Below, in pieces: positions 26,226-36,639 of a stretch of DNA of 64,000 bases. How positions within the stretch are numbered: the first letter of the stretch is position 1; each line of letters opens with the position of its first letter. The stretch comes from Candidatus Woesebacteria bacterium UBA1430. Its GTDB lineage: Bacteria; Patescibacteriota; Microgenomatia; UBA8517. Below the pieces are notes generated by a model. The model was not told the origin of the DNA, did no database searches, and saw nothing but the letters and a program-made list of their open reading frames with translations. Both the position numbers and the translations under genes were made by a program. Location of the stretch: NCBI GenBank assembly GCA_002329465.1, contig DCTW01000004.1:2933-66932 (forward strand). Reading direction: 5' to 3'.

Positions 26226-27215
26226 TTATACTTTATATTTATACCATCTTTTTACCTCTTTTTCTACCTGATTTCGTAATAAAGAAGAGCCACCATCAAA
26301 CCAGCGGATAAATTCTTGCTTTTTAAACCATGTTATCTGTCTCTTTGCGTACTTGCATTCCTCATTTATCCATCGGCAAATAGCATCTTCACGGCTTTCT
26401 GTACCTTCAAAATATCCCCTCCACTGCCTATAACCTAAAGCTTGCATAGACTGATCTTCCCACGAAACACCGGATTTCAAAAGCTTCTCAATCTCATTAA
26501 AAATCCCACTCCTTACGCGCTTTTGCACGCGTCTTTGTATTCTGTCTTTAAGCTTCTCCCTTTCCAATTTAATCCCAACGGTCAAAATTTGATAATTAGG
26601 CTTTCTTTCCAAACTTTCAATTTTGTGCTTACTTCGAGCTATTTCAATTGCCCTTATAAGGCGTCTTTTATTTTTTCTATCGCTATTATTCATTTCCAAT
26701 GCTTTTTTAGAATCAAGTTCTCTTAACAAGGAAAATATATAATCAGTGCTTTTATCAAAAAGTTTTTTTCGAAGCCTGAAGTTAGGACTAACTTGAAAAG
26801 TTTCCATCCCATAAATCAAAGCATTAATATAAAGCCCGCTTCCACCTACTATAATCGGAAGCCTGTCTCTCGCTAAAATATCAACAATTATTCTCTCCCC
26901 TATCTTTCGATATTGTGCGACGCTAAAATTCTTTTCTAAAAAATTGGTAGGATCAACGAGGTCATATCCCCAAATCCTCAAACCATCTACTTTATAATAT
27001 CCAACCACCTCCTTCCCCGCTTTAAAATTTGAAAGTTTGAATTTGGAATTTTTTGGAAGATCCTTGCCCGTTCCTATATCCATCCCCTTATAAACCTGCC
27101 TCGAATCCGCACTCACTATTTCTCCTTTAAACTTTTTAGCAAGATAAATCGCCAAATCGGTTTTCCCCGTCGCCGTCGGCCCGCAAACAATAAGAACCTT
27201 TTTATTTCCAATCAT
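26226..27215 (-). CDS. miaA: tRNA dimethylallyltransferase
   Basis: GPTATGKT, SADSRQVYKGMDIGTGK, YAKRQITWF; start reassigned to ATG 27215. Confidence 0.95.
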   Translation of the reverse strand: MIGNKKVLIVCGPTATGKTDLAIYLAKKFKGEIVSADSRQVYKGMDIGTGKDLPKNSKFKLSNFKAGKEVVGYYKVDGLRIWGYDLVDPTNFLEKNFSVAQYRKIGERIIVDILARDRLPIIVGGSGLYINALIYGMETFQVSPNFRLRKKLFDKSTDYIFSLLRELDSKKALEMNNSDRKNKRRLIRAIEIARSKHKIESLERKPNYQILTVGIKLEREKLKDRIQRRVQKRVRSGIFNEIEKLLKSGVSWEDQSMQALGYRQWRGYFEGTESREDAICRWINEECKYAKRQITWFKKQEFIRWFDGGSSLLRNQVEKEVKRWYKYKV

Positions 27216-27237
27216 TCCTATAGTATAATATAAAACA

Positions 27238-28158
27238 ATGAGTATTGAATACAGTTTATCGGTAAAAGAAGCCCAAGATATACTTAGCCAAACTCTTGGA
27301 TTTGCGGAAGAAAAAAGAGCCGCCGCGGGCGGTGAAATGGAAACAGCCAAAAAACAAAATTACCAAGATGTTCTTGGTATAGCAACCACAGCATTTAACG
27401 AAGCAACAGCTCTTTTATCAAGATCAAACGATCCCGACCAAGCCGACTCAACAATTCTAGTCGCCCTTTCCGCGCTTATGGCATCCGGCACCCTGGAAAG
27501 CATGGCAGCCCACACCTTAAAATCCGACGAAGAGCGAAATAGCGCTCTTGACCAAGCATTAGATTGGCTCGATAAACTAAACGCTTATTCAGATAGACTT
27601 GAAAACATAAACCGAACTCCACACGGACCAATCGTGTGGAATGCAGAAATAGCACGAAATATCGCAAGAACATATGAAAGAAGACCAAAAGTTTCAAAAA
27701 ACAATCTAAACCTCGCTCAGTATTACTACCAACAAGCGATAGAAATAGGCCAAAAAAAAGCAATTGAGGCAGGGAGAGAATCAAATCCATTACTTCTAAA
27801 CGCATCCCAAAGCGTATTAGCAGTAGCTCTTGGTGAACGGGCAAGGATAAAAGCGCTAAAAGTAATGCATGGTTTTGAAAACATTCCCGAAGAAGAAATC
27901 ATAAATGACTACCAAAAAAGCTGTGACACAATTTGGCAAACTCTTAATATCCCCAATCTCGACAGAGTGGATACTGTGCTTCAAAGATTTTATGTATATT
28001 TGTGCAAAAAAAATCTTCCTCCAAACAATCCCCAGATCCAAAAACTCGCAAAAATGTTTATAGAACTTGAAAAAATAGAAGCAGAACGTAATCTAGGCAA
28101 ACTGGTAAAAAAAAGAAACGAATCCCGAAAAAGCCAAAATCCAAAAAGCACTGGTTAA
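27238..28158 (+). CDS. Hypothetical alpha-helical (TPR-like) protein
   Basis: 306 aa ORF with helical-repeat character (AQYYYQQAIEIG). Confidence 0.6.
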   Translation: MSIEYSLSVKEAQDILSQTLGFAEEKRAAAGGEMETAKKQNYQDVLGIATTAFNEATALLSRSNDPDQADSTILVALSALMASGTLESMAAHTLKSDEERNSALDQALDWLDKLNAYSDRLENINRTPHGPIVWNAEIARNIARTYERRPKVSKNNLNLAQYYYQQAIEIGQKKAIEAGRESNPLLLNASQSVLAVALGERARIKALKVMHGFENIPEEEIINDYQKSCDTIWQTLNIPNLDRVDTVLQRFYVYLCKKNLPPNNPQIQKLAKMFIELEKIEAERNLGKLVKKRNESRKSQNPKSTG

Positions 28159-28943
28159 CTGCTCGCGCTGGTATAGCGCTTCAAAGCAACTCTCCAAAAC
28201 CTAAGCGATAAAAAAAACAAAATTACCCCCGCAAAAAAAGAAACTGCAACTACACCAAAGTCAATAACCCCCATCATAACCCTAGACGGAACCGTTATCA
28301 TCGTAAAAAGAGGAACTAAGTAAGTCAAAAAAGCCCTCATATTTCGGCCGAATATCTCTATTGGAAATCTCCCAAGATTAAGCGCATCTCTGTAAATCCA
28401 AATCAAATAATCAACCTCCAAAATAATTATTCCCAAAGCCATAACCAAAATATGAAATGCGCTTGCTATAAAAAGAGAGTTAACAACCAAAGCAGTATAA
28501 AGCACGACCTCCAAAACACCGGGGTCTAAAAACAACGCAAAATAAATAGTTAAAGAAAAGATAAAAGGTAGCGTAACAAAATCAATTACATCTGCCCCGC
28601 TCATCATGGATCGGAAAAGCGCGCTCTGCGGCTTAAGAAGCGTAAGGTCAAACTCGCCGGAAATTATCTTCGGCCTGAATCTGTACACATCCCGAAACAA
28701 AAACTGAGCTAAAATATCTACCAAATTAAATGTCAAAAATATAAAAATAGTTTGATGAAAATTATATCCGGCCAGGCTACCCGTTTCACGAATTAAATAA
28801 TAAACAAAAAGATAAAAAAACAAAAAACGAACAATCTTTCCTACCAAAAAAAGCGCAAGCACCTTCTTCTGCGACAAAACGGACAAAAAAGAGTTTTTCG
28901 TCATTATAATCCAGCTTAATAAATAATATTTTAGCTTCTTCAA
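28155..28943 (-). CDS. ABC-2 family permease
   Basis: IISGEFDLTLLKP, RFPIEIF; multi-TM. Confidence 0.88.
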   Translation of the reverse strand: MKKLKYYLLSWIIMTKNSFLSVLSQKKVLALFLVGKIVRFLFFYLFVYYLIRETGSLAGYNFHQTIFIFLTFNLVDILAQFLFRDVYRFRPKIISGEFDLTLLKPQSALFRSMMSGADVIDFVTLPFIFSLTIYFALFLDPGVLEVVLYTALVVNSLFIASAFHILVMALGIIILEVDYLIWIYRDALNLGRFPIEIFGRNMRAFLTYLVPLFTMITVPSRVMMGVIDFGVVAVSFFAGVILFFLSLRFWRVALKRYTSASS

Positions 28944-28944
28944 T

Positions 28945-29745
28945 TTACCTTCCCTCCGCTCTATAAACCCGGATTCCTGCTGCCCAAACCTTCTTCATAA
29001 AAAAGTTTAGTATCAAAATCCACAAAAAACCAACAAAAGCGCCTTTCAAAATCCCAAATAAGCCAATCTGGCCTAGATAAATTTTTATAGGGTAAAAAAG
29101 TAAATACGGAAAAGGTGTGAAAGAAAGTATATCCATAATTTGTCTCGGCAATATATCAAGAGGAAACAGCGCTCCGCTTAAAAACTCAGTAACAACGAAA
29201 ATCAAAACAAACTGAACTCCCCAACTAGCCTCAGGAGCCCAAAAAGGCACCAGTCCGGCAATAAAAACAATCATATAAAACAAAACTATTCCAATTATCA
29301 AAGATAGTAAAAATCCGATTATAGCTACCGGTTCAGTCTGTATAAAAAACGGGGGGCGAAGTATATAAAAAAGGGCTAAAAACTCAAAAAAAGAAAAAAA
29401 CAAATGAAGGAACTTAACCGCAATATCACGGTTAAACCAATAATAAAAATAATTAATGGGTTTAACTAGATAATTGGTCAAATCTCCGCGCGCTATCTCA
29501 CCAGCAACCTCTGTAGCACGCGTAGTTAATACCAAAGATCGAACAATAAGTATTCCAAATACATAAGTTAAAATTCTCGCCCTATCATAGCCAAAAAAAT
29601 CCTGCTCTTGAGAAAAAACGCTACTCCAAAGATAAAAAACCAAAAATATCTGAAACAAATTTCGCAATCGCGAAGTCAAAAAATTAGCGCGGTAGGCAAA
29701 CTCTTGCCGAAGTGCTACGCTGTAAAGCTTAAAATATTTATGCAT
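28945..29745 (-). CDS. ABC-2 family permease
   Basis: IARGDLTNYLVKP, SGALFPLDILP; start reassigned to MHKYF. Confidence 0.88.
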   Translation of the reverse strand: MHKYFKLYSVALRQEFAYRANFLTSRLRNLFQIFLVFYLWSSVFSQEQDFFGYDRARILTYVFGILIVRSLVLTTRATEVAGEIARGDLTNYLVKPINYFYYWFNRDIAVKFLHLFFSFFEFLALFYILRPPFFIQTEPVAIIGFLLSLIIGIVLFYMIVFIAGLVPFWAPEASWGVQFVLIFVVTEFLSGALFPLDILPRQIMDILSFTPFPYLLFYPIKIYLGQIGLFGILKGAFVGFLWILILNFFMKKVWAAGIRVYRAEGR

Positions 29746-30718
29746 TCGAGGAAAAAACTTTACCCACAATCTCATTTATCGGCTCCTCTTCAATCGTTAA
29801 ATCCGAAACAGGAAAACTAGAAAGAAGCTCTGATGCAGCTACCTTAGAAACAGACCTTGAAACATAAAGCTCATAATAAGGATATTTTGCAATTCCCACC
29901 CTTCCCACCTTAGCAAGCTTCTTGGTATCAATCTCCGAAGATACCGAAAACTTTATCACCTTCTCCTTAGCATGCCTAGCAATAAGATCCTTTAAATCTC
30001 CGTCAAAAACAATCTCCCCTTCATTAATTACAATTACACGCCTGCAAAGCTCAATCACATCATCCATGTTGTGCGACGTAAGAATAATTGTAGCCTTATG
30101 CTCTCTGTTGTACTTTTTAATAAAATCTCTAAGTTTCTTCTGTGCAATTACGTCAAGCCCAATCGTCGGCTCATCCAAAAAAACAACTTTTGGCTTATGT
30201 ATCAAAGCGGCAACAAGCTCAAGCCGCATTCTCTGACCCAAAGAAAGCCTTCTTACCTGCCTCTTCACATACTTCTCCACTCCAAGAAGATTAACAAGTT
30301 CACGCAAATTCTTCTGATAAGTCCTATCGGGAATGTCATATATCCTTCTATTCAGCTCAAAAGTGTCTGTTGCAGGAAGATCCCACCAAAGCTGGTTCTT
30401 CTGTCCCATAACCATGGATATTGTTTTAAGATAAGACTCTTTCCTTTCCCAGGGAGTGTATCCCATAACCTGAACAAAGCCGTGTGTCGGAAAAAGTATT
30501 CCAGAAAGTATCTTCAAAATAGTTGTTTTACCGGCTCCATTCGGACCGATTAACCCAATAAATTCTCCCTCTGAAACCGAAAAAGAAACATCCTTTAGAG
30601 CCTCAACTGTTTTTTTCTTCGGCTTAATCAAAGAGCCTAAAGCCTCCCAAAAACCCGCATTACGTTCGGTTACTTCAAAATTTTTAACCAAGCGTTCAAC
30701 AATTATCGCTCTCTCCAT
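29738..30718 (-). CDS. ABC transporter ATP-binding protein
   Basis: GPNGAGKT, LSLGQ, FLDEPTIGLD. Confidence 0.95.
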   Translation of the reverse strand: MERAIIVERLVKNFEVTERNAGFWEALGSLIKPKKKTVEALKDVSFSVSEGEFIGLIGPNGAGKTTILKILSGILFPTHGFVQVMGYTPWERKESYLKTISMVMGQKNQLWWDLPATDTFELNRRIYDIPDRTYQKNLRELVNLLGVEKYVKRQVRRLSLGQRMRLELVAALIHKPKVVFLDEPTIGLDVIAQKKLRDFIKKYNREHKATIILTSHNMDDVIELCRRVIVINEGEIVFDGDLKDLIARHAKEKVIKFSVSSEIDTKKLAKVGRVGIAKYPYYELYVSRSVSKVAASELLSSFPVSDLTIEEEPINEIVGKVFSSNA

Positions 30719-30746
30719 CTAAAAAATTATAGCATTTATGAAGATT

Positions 30747-31022
30747 CTATCGCGCAACTTTTCTTTTGAGGGCCTTACCGGGAGTAAATCTCGGAAGTCT
30801 ATGAGATTTAACCGTTACAAACTTTTCGGTATTAGGGATCTTTACTGTTTTTCCCACCATTCTTTTAACTTTAAACGTCCCAAATCCCGAAAGAACAACC
30901 TTTTCACCTTTTGCAAGAACCCTACCGACTTCATCAAGAAATACATCTACAGCTTCTGAAGCAGCCCTTTTGGGCAAATGTGCCTTTCTGGCAACCTGAT
31001 CTATAAGCTGTCTCTTTGTCAT
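30747..31022 (-). CDS. hup: HU family DNA-binding protein
   Basis: MTKRQLI, VVLSGFGTF, PRFTPGKALK. Confidence 0.93.
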   Translation of the reverse strand: MTKRQLIDQVARKAHLPKRAASEAVDVFLDEVGRVLAKGEKVVLSGFGTFKVKRMVGKTVKIPNTEKFVTVKSHRLPRFTPGKALKRKVAR

Positions 31023-31063
31023 ATTCTAAAAAAATCATAAACCAATTAACCCAAATTGTCAAG

Positions 31064-32242
31064 CTATTTGGCACTTGTTGTCTCAGAAGCTTTTGTTTCT
31101 CTCAAAACAGTCACTTTTATCTGTCCTGCATAATTTGCTTCTTTCTCAAGGCTCTTTGCAATATCTCTCGCAAGTATCGTCAACTTATCGTCATCAACCT
31201 CCTCCGGATTAACAATTACCCGCACGTCCCTGCCAGCCTGAAACGCAACAGCCTCAACTACCCCCTCAAATCGCGAAGCTATCTCCTCTATAGCCTTCAT
31301 GCGTTTCACATAGTCTTCATGAGGCTCATAACGGGCACCCGGTCTTGAACCCGAAATCGCATCGGCTATCCAAACTATCACCGATTCAATAGAAGAAAAA
31401 GGCCTATCTTCATGATGCTCGGCAATTATTGACACAACTTTTTTGGGTATTCCAAATTTTTTAGCAATCTCAACACCCTTTTGTATATGATTCCCTTCAT
31501 CATCAGTAACCACCTTTCCGATATCGTGCAAAAGCCCACCAAGACGCACAGATTCCAAATCAGCATTAAGTTCGCGAGCGATAGCCATACCAATCTTCGT
31601 CTCTTCAATAGTGTGAATCGCTAGATTCTGGCCGTAAGAAGTTCTAAATCTAAATCTTCCAATCAATCTAATTAGTTCCAGAGAAAGCCCGTATTCGCCA
31701 ACCGCTTCCACAATCTTTTTTCCTTCCTCCAAAAGCACATCATCCATACCAGCCCTTACCCGCTCAACTACCTCTTCAATTCTCGATGGCTGTATTCTCG
31801 TATCTTTAATCAAGATCTCCAAAGCACGCTTTGCAATTTCACGTCTGATTGGATCAAAACTTGAAAGTTTTATTTCATTGCCCTCGTCAAGATCTATTTC
31901 AACTCCGCTTGCCCTCTCAAAAGCTCTAATATTCCTGCCTTCTTTACCGATTATTCTTCCCTTAGCCTCCTCATTAGGCAAAGCCACGGACGAAAGCGTA
32001 TACTCAGCCACATAGTCGGTAGCACCGTGTTTCATTGCATCCACAAGTATCTCTCGAGCTTTTTCGTTTGCCTCTTGTTTTATTCTGTCCTCGGCATTTC
32101 TTATTCTTTTTGCAATCTCGGAAGTAAGTTCATTTTGAACTTCTGCCAAAAGCTGCTTTTTTGCCTCCTCGCGACTCATGCGGGACACATCTTCAAGTTT
32201 TTTAATAAGCTCTTCTTTTAATTTTTCTTCACTTTTAACCAT
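31064..32242 (-). CDS. rny: Ribonuclease Y without N-terminal TM anchor
   Basis: KGRIIGKEGRNIR KH domain, LLHDIGK HD, ADAISGSRPGAR. Confidence 0.93.
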   Translation of the reverse strand: MVKSEEKLKEELIKKLEDVSRMSREEAKKQLLAEVQNELTSEIAKRIRNAEDRIKQEANEKAREILVDAMKHGATDYVAEYTLSSVALPNEEAKGRIIGKEGRNIRAFERASGVEIDLDEGNEIKLSSFDPIRREIAKRALEILIKDTRIQPSRIEEVVERVRAGMDDVLLEEGKKIVEAVGEYGLSLELIRLIGRFRFRTSYGQNLAIHTIEETKIGMAIARELNADLESVRLGGLLHDIGKVVTDDEGNHIQKGVEIAKKFGIPKKVVSIIAEHHEDRPFSSIESVIVWIADAISGSRPGARYEPHEDYVKRMKAIEEIASRFEGVVEAVAFQAGRDVRVIVNPEEVDDDKLTILARDIAKSLEKEANYAGQIKVTVLRETKASETTSAK

Positions 32243-32383
32243 AATTTATTAAATAAAAACCAAACGAAGGAAAAACCGTATTTTCTTAACTTCCGGCCTG
32301 CAAAAATGATGGAGACTTAAATCTAAAATCTTCCCCCATAATCTTTCCTTCGTCTATAATTTTACTCTCTAAAAACATATTTT

Positions 32384-32839
32384 TCAACCGCTTACCTTCT
32401 TAATTACCTCCCAAGAATACCCCTGTCTGCTCAAAAATTCTCCTATTTTTCTCTTTTTGTCACGCTCACCAAGCCTTTCCCAACGATAAGAATTCTTTTC
32501 TATAATTTTTTTTGCCAAGCTAACTTCATCAAAATCTATCGTTTTCAAAACTTCTTCAACCAGCTCTCTTTTAATGCCTTTTTGGGAAAGCTCATAAATA
32601 AGTCCTCTTCTGGATCGTGGACGAAACTCCATTCTCTGCGTTATCCACCATTCACAAAACTCACGATCATCCAAAAGTCCGAAATCACGAAGTTTCTTTT
32701 TTAAACTTTGAACCAAAACCTTTTCAATATTTTTCTTCTCAAACCAATAGTCAAGCTCTTTTTCACTCCGTGGCCTTAAAGTAGCAAACTTTACACACTT
32801 TTCCCAAAAAAGATCAAACTCATTATCATTCTTTTTCAT
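32384..32839 (-). CDS. recX: Regulatory protein RecX
   Basis: [23 protein letters not shown]; downstream of recA. Confidence 0.9.
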   Translation of the reverse strand: MKKNDNEFDLFWEKCVKFATLRPRSEKELDYWFEKKNIEKVLVQSLKKKLRDFGLLDDREFCEWWITQRMEFRPRSRRGLIYELSQKGIKRELVEEVLKTIDFDEVSLAKKIIEKNSYRWERLGERDKKRKIGEFLSRQGYSWEVIKKVSG

Positions 32840-33911
32840 CACCCAGCTCTTTAGGCAAATCTTTACCGGAAACAAGAACCTCTCTAATTTTTCTTTCTAT
32901 CTCATCACAAATCTTTTTATTTGCCTTCAAGTATTCCTTCGCCGCTTCCTTTCCCTGGGCAAAAGTTTTTCCGTTATAAGAATAAAACGAGCCCTTTTTT
33001 TCAACAATCCCCATTTCCACTCCAACATCCAAAATTCCACCCAGCTTTGAAATGCCCTCATCATTTACAATGTCAAACTCAGCAACACGAAGCGGAGGGG
33101 CAACTTTATTTTTAACAACTCTAACTCTGTGCCTCGAACCAAAAACCTGATCTCCTTCCTTAAGAGTCTCAATCCTTCTGATATCAAGCCTGACCGATGA
33201 ATAAAATTTTAATGCAAGCCCACCAGGCGTTGTCTCGGGATTCCCAAACATCACACCTATCTTTTGTCTAATCTGATTTGTAAAAATAAGAATCGTCTTA
33301 CTCTTATTAATTGCGCCCGTAAGCTTTCTTAGTGCCTGGCTCATAAGCCTTGCCTGAAGCCCAATCACGGCATCACCCATCTCACCCTCAAGTTCAGCCC
33401 TCGGAACTAATGCGGCAACCGAATCAACAATCACCACATCCAAAGCTCCCGATCTTACTAGAGTCTCAGTTATTTCAAGAGCCTGCTCTCCTGTATCCGG
33501 CTGGCTTAAAAGCAAATCGTCAAGATTAACACCTATAGTCTCAGCTCTTGTAGGATCTAACGCATGCTCCGCATCTACAAAAGCACACTGCCCGCCCCGT
33601 TTCTGAGCCTCGGCAACAACATGCAAAGCCAGAGTAGTCTTCCCCGAAGCCTCGGGTCCGTAAATTTCAACTATTCTGCCTCTCGGAAGCCCGCCTACTC
33701 CAAGAGCCAAATCAAGAGCAATAGACCCCGTCGGAATTGTATCAACATCCTTAAGCTGTCTGGCGCGCTCTCCAAGCCTCATAATTGATCCTCGTCCATA
33801 CTGCTTCTCGATCTGCTCCATCGCAAGCTTTATAGCGGCAAGTTTCTGAGAAGATCCGGAAGAAGAATCCGATTTCACTTTTTCCTCTTTTTTATTCTTA
33901 CCCCTTGGCAT
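32826..33911 (-). CDS. recA: Recombinase RecA
   Basis: [26 protein letters not shown]. Confidence 0.99.
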   Translation of the reverse strand: MPRGKNKKEEKVKSDSSSGSSQKLAAIKLAMEQIEKQYGRGSIMRLGERARQLKDVDTIPTGSIALDLALGVGGLPRGRIVEIYGPEASGKTTLALHVVAEAQKRGGQCAFVDAEHALDPTRAETIGVNLDDLLLSQPDTGEQALEITETLVRSGALDVVIVDSVAALVPRAELEGEMGDAVIGLQARLMSQALRKLTGAINKSKTILIFTNQIRQKIGVMFGNPETTPGGLALKFYSSVRLDIRRIETLKEGDQVFGSRHRVRVVKNKVAPPLRVAEFDIVNDEGISKLGGILDVGVEMGIVEKKGSFYSYNGKTFAQGKEAAKEYLKANKKICDEIERKIREVLVSGKDLPKELGDEKE

Positions 33912-33956
33912 TTGGCTTTACTTTTAGCACATACTAAAGGATAATACAAGCATCAA

Positions 33957-34538
33957 ATGGACTCAAAAAACCTGGATAACCAAAAAATTGTAAAACTCTT
34001 AAGAGAAGGAAAAATAGGTATTCTTCCGACAGACACAATCTACGGGATTCATGCAAGCGTCTTTATCCCGGAAGCAATTGAAAAAATATACAAAATCAAA
34101 AAAAGAGACAGCCATAAACCTTTCGTTATCCTTATTTCATCTCCTCTTGATCTTGCAATCTTTAAAATTGGCACGTCCCCCAAAATTAAAAAATTTTTAG
34201 ATAAAGTTTGGCCGGGAAAAATAAGCGTAATCTTGCCTGCCAAAGAAAACCTTTTCAAATACCTTCACAAAGGAACAAAAAGCCTAGCCATTAGAATCCC
34301 GGATAAACCGGATCTAAGAAAACTTCTGGAAAAAACAGGTCCCTTAATATCTACATCGGCAAACCCCGAAGGAAAAAAGCCTGCAACAACTATGGAAGAA
34401 GCAGAAAACTATTTTGGAAACAATGTGGATTTCTATGTAAACGAAGGATTTCTAAATGGCGAACCGTCAACTGTAGTTAAAGTAGTAGGAGACAAAATAA
34501 GACTCATTCGAAAAGGAGCAGTTAAATTAAAAAATTAA
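33957..34538 (+). CDS. tsaC: Threonylcarbamoyl-AMP synthase (Sua5/YrdC)
   Basis: PTDTIYG, IYKIKKR, STSAN, PSTVV. Confidence 0.93.
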   Translation: MDSKNLDNQKIVKLLREGKIGILPTDTIYGIHASVFIPEAIEKIYKIKKRDSHKPFVILISSPLDLAIFKIGTSPKIKKFLDKVWPGKISVILPAKENLFKYLHKGTKSLAIRIPDKPDLRKLLEKTGPLISTSANPEGKKPATTMEEAENYFGNNVDFYVNEGFLNGEPSTVVKVVGDKIRLIRKGAVKLKN

Positions 34539-34560
34539 TCTGATAAAATATCAGTGTCAA

Positions 34561-34631
34561 CGGGGTATAGTTTAAAGGTAGAATGGGCGCATGGGGTGCG
34601 TCCGGTCCAGGTTCAATTCCTGGTACCCCGA
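34561..34631 (+). tRNA. tRNA-Pro(GGG), CCA not encoded
   Basis: Acceptor CGGGGTA/TACCCCG; anticodon arm GGCGC-ATGGGGT-GCGTC; T-arm CCAGGTTCAATTCCTGG. Confidence 0.93.
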
Positions 34632-34649
34632 CTGAATTTCTTCAAATTC

Positions 34650-34690
34650 AAAAACCCCGCAGGTTAGCTCCAACGGGGCTTTTGTTTTTT
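34650..34690. terminator. Probable bidirectional intrinsic terminator
   Basis: CCCCG...CGGGG stem flanked by an A-run and a T-run between convergent genes. Confidence 0.55.
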
Positions 34691-34704
34691 AGTAAGCTTC
34701 AATC

Positions 34705-34911
34705 TTACTTTTCGGGGCAACTCAGGCTGTCCCAAGCATCTTTGCTTACAAATTTAGTAAGTTTGCTCCCGTCAACTTCTGCTTTTACAGCATACCTTAC
34801 TTGCATCCCACCGTCTTTAGTCTGTCTCTCGTATTTAGTCTTCCAGCATTGACTTACCGGGACATCTACCTTCGCACGCTTTTTAACATCATAAAACTGT
34901 ACCGAATTCAT
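34705..34911 (-). CDS. Small basic hypothetical protein (68 aa)
   Basis: Strong SD-like GAGGGGGTGA upstream of ATG 34911; FYDVKK...RYAVKA...KFVS. Confidence 0.7.
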   Translation of the reverse strand: MNSVQFYDVKKRAKVDVPVSQCWKTKYERQTKDGGMQVRYAVKAEVDGSKLTKFVSKDAWDSLSCPEK

Positions 34912-35042
34912 TAATATCACCCCCTCTCGATTTTTGCTTAGACTAAGCTAAAAATAATCTACCTCACCCCAGCTTGTCAAGAAGTAGCCAAATTTTATAA
35001 GTTTACCAAAGCGCATAAATAGACTATTATTAAACCAATAAT

Positions 35043-35732
35043 ATGGCTATAACCCTCTTTACAAGCTTAACAAAAAACGACAAAACTGAGGCTGTAGATA
35101 GGCTAATTAAAGGCAGCACTCCAAGCCAGGACTTTTTTTTAATGATAGTCCTGTCAATATTAACAGCCACATTCGGCCTACTTCAAAATAACGTTTCCGT
35201 AATAATCGGAAGCATGCTGATAGCCCCAATACTCTACCCCATTCTCTCCCTATCTCTGGGTATTACAATTGCCGATTTCAAACTGATCTCAAGATCATTC
35301 TGGACATTAGTTAAATCCATAGCACTTGCCATAACAGTAGCGAATATATCAACGCTCCTCTTCTCAACACAGTTTACAAGCATCACACAAGAAATCGTCT
35401 CCAGAGCGCATCCGACTCTCTCTTATGCAATCATTGCTCTTATTGTAGGCTTTGCCGGATCTTTTGCTTTAGTAAAACCCCAACTAAACGAAACACTCCC
35501 TGGTATAGCAATTTCTGTAGCAATAATTCCTCCTCTGGCAACTACCGGCATAGGTATAGCTAAATTCAACTGGGACTTAATAAGCGGATCTTTTCTTTTG
35601 TTTCTTGTAAACACAACAGGCGTTATATTTGCAAGCATGATTACATTCTCGCTAATGAACTTCTATACCGAAAAAAGCGAAGCCAAAAAAACAGTAAAAG
35701 CAGAAGATAATAAAATCAAAAATACTAGATGA
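35043..35732 (+). CDS. DUF389/TIGR00341-family membrane protein
   Basis: VIIGSMLIAP, LPGIAISVAIIPPL. Confidence 0.88.
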   Translation: MAITLFTSLTKNDKTEAVDRLIKGSTPSQDFFLMIVLSILTATFGLLQNNVSVIIGSMLIAPILYPILSLSLGITIADFKLISRSFWTLVKSIALAITVANISTLLFSTQFTSITQEIVSRAHPTLSYAIIALIVGFAGSFALVKPQLNETLPGIAISVAIIPPLATTGIGIAKFNWDLISGSFLLFLVNTTGVIFASMITFSLMNFYTEKSEAKKTVKAEDNKIKNTR

Positions 35733-36226
35733 TAAATGCCCAAAAAAAAGAGTCTTATATAAGAAACTTTGTTTTCGGGGTAGAAGATAGCTTAGTCTCA
35801 ACGCTAGGATTACTCTCTGGTGTAGCAACGGCAGGTCTACATAAAAACGAAATTTTCTTAACAGGTGTTGTTTTAATATTCGTAGAAGCAACTTCAATGG
35901 GCATAGGAAGCTATCTGTCACAAGATATTTCTGAAGATTTCCTCAAAACAAAAAATTCTCAAAAAAGCTCCGTACAAGGAGCAATTATTATGCTTCTTGC
36001 GTATTTTTTTTCAGGATTCATTCCACTCATTCCGTATCTGGTCTTTAATCCGTCAAAAGCGCTCCTAATTTCAATAGCCGTATCCTTAACCAGCCTTTTT
36101 TCTCTTGGGTTAATAAGCGCCAAGTTTCTAAAAATCAATTCTCTTAAACACGCAATAAAAATGTTTCTTCTCGGCGGAACAGCCGTATTAATTGGAATAA
36201 CTGTAGGTAAAATATTCAAATATTAA
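35729..36226 (+). CDS. VIT1/CCC1 family transporter
   Basis: FVFGVEDSLVS, SMGIGSYLS, GFIPLIPY. Confidence 0.88.
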   Translation: MINAQKKESYIRNFVFGVEDSLVSTLGLLSGVATAGLHKNEIFLTGVVLIFVEATSMGIGSYLSQDISEDFLKTKNSQKSSVQGAIIMLLAYFFSGFIPLIPYLVFNPSKALLISIAVSLTSLFSLGLISAKFLKINSLKHAIKMFLLGGTAVLIGITVGKIFKY

Positions 36227-36639
36227 CGCTTTGGAGACTGCTTTTTTCTTCTCGCCTTCCCTCCTGTGCCCACCATTCTTCTTTGCCTTATACGCGCATC
36301 GCGGCTTAAAAGCCCCTGCTTTTTAAGTAGAGGCTTATACTTTTCAGTATCAAGCTTACTAAATGCGCGGGAAATAGCAAGAACAAGTGCGTCAAGCTGC
36401 CCCTTTTTCCCACCACCAACTATTTTTGCACTAATATAATATTTTCCTAAAGTCCCGGTAGCCTCAAAAGGTCTAAGCCAAGCCTTTCTCATAACCTCAC
36501 CTGGAAAATACTTACCAATTACCTCTCCGTTTACAACGCTTTCTTTATCTCCCTTAAATAAGCGCACCCTACAAGAAGCAGATCTTCTTCTCCCAACGGC
36601 GTAAACATAGTTCCTTTTGGTTTTTCCCTTAGCTGGCAT
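36223..36639 (-). CDS. rpsI: 30S ribosomal protein S9
   Basis: GRRRSA, GGGKKGQ, KARRKKQSPKR. Confidence 0.95.
   Translation of the reverse strand: MPAKGKTKRNYVYAVGRRRSASCRVRLFKGDKESVVNGEVIGKYFPGEVMRKAWLRPFEATGTLGKYYISAKIVGGGKKGQLDALVLAISRAFSKLDTEKYKPLLKKQGLLSRDARIRQRRMVGTGGKARRKKQSPKR

Noticed and set aside
26226..27350. Extended 374-aa miaA overlapping the divergent gene
   Set aside because: The P-loop begins right after ATG 27215, which has its own -10 box; the extension is a longest-ORF artefact.
34583..34852. 89-aa plus-strand ORF
   Set aside because: Starts inside tRNA-Pro and overlaps a better-supported minus-strand gene.
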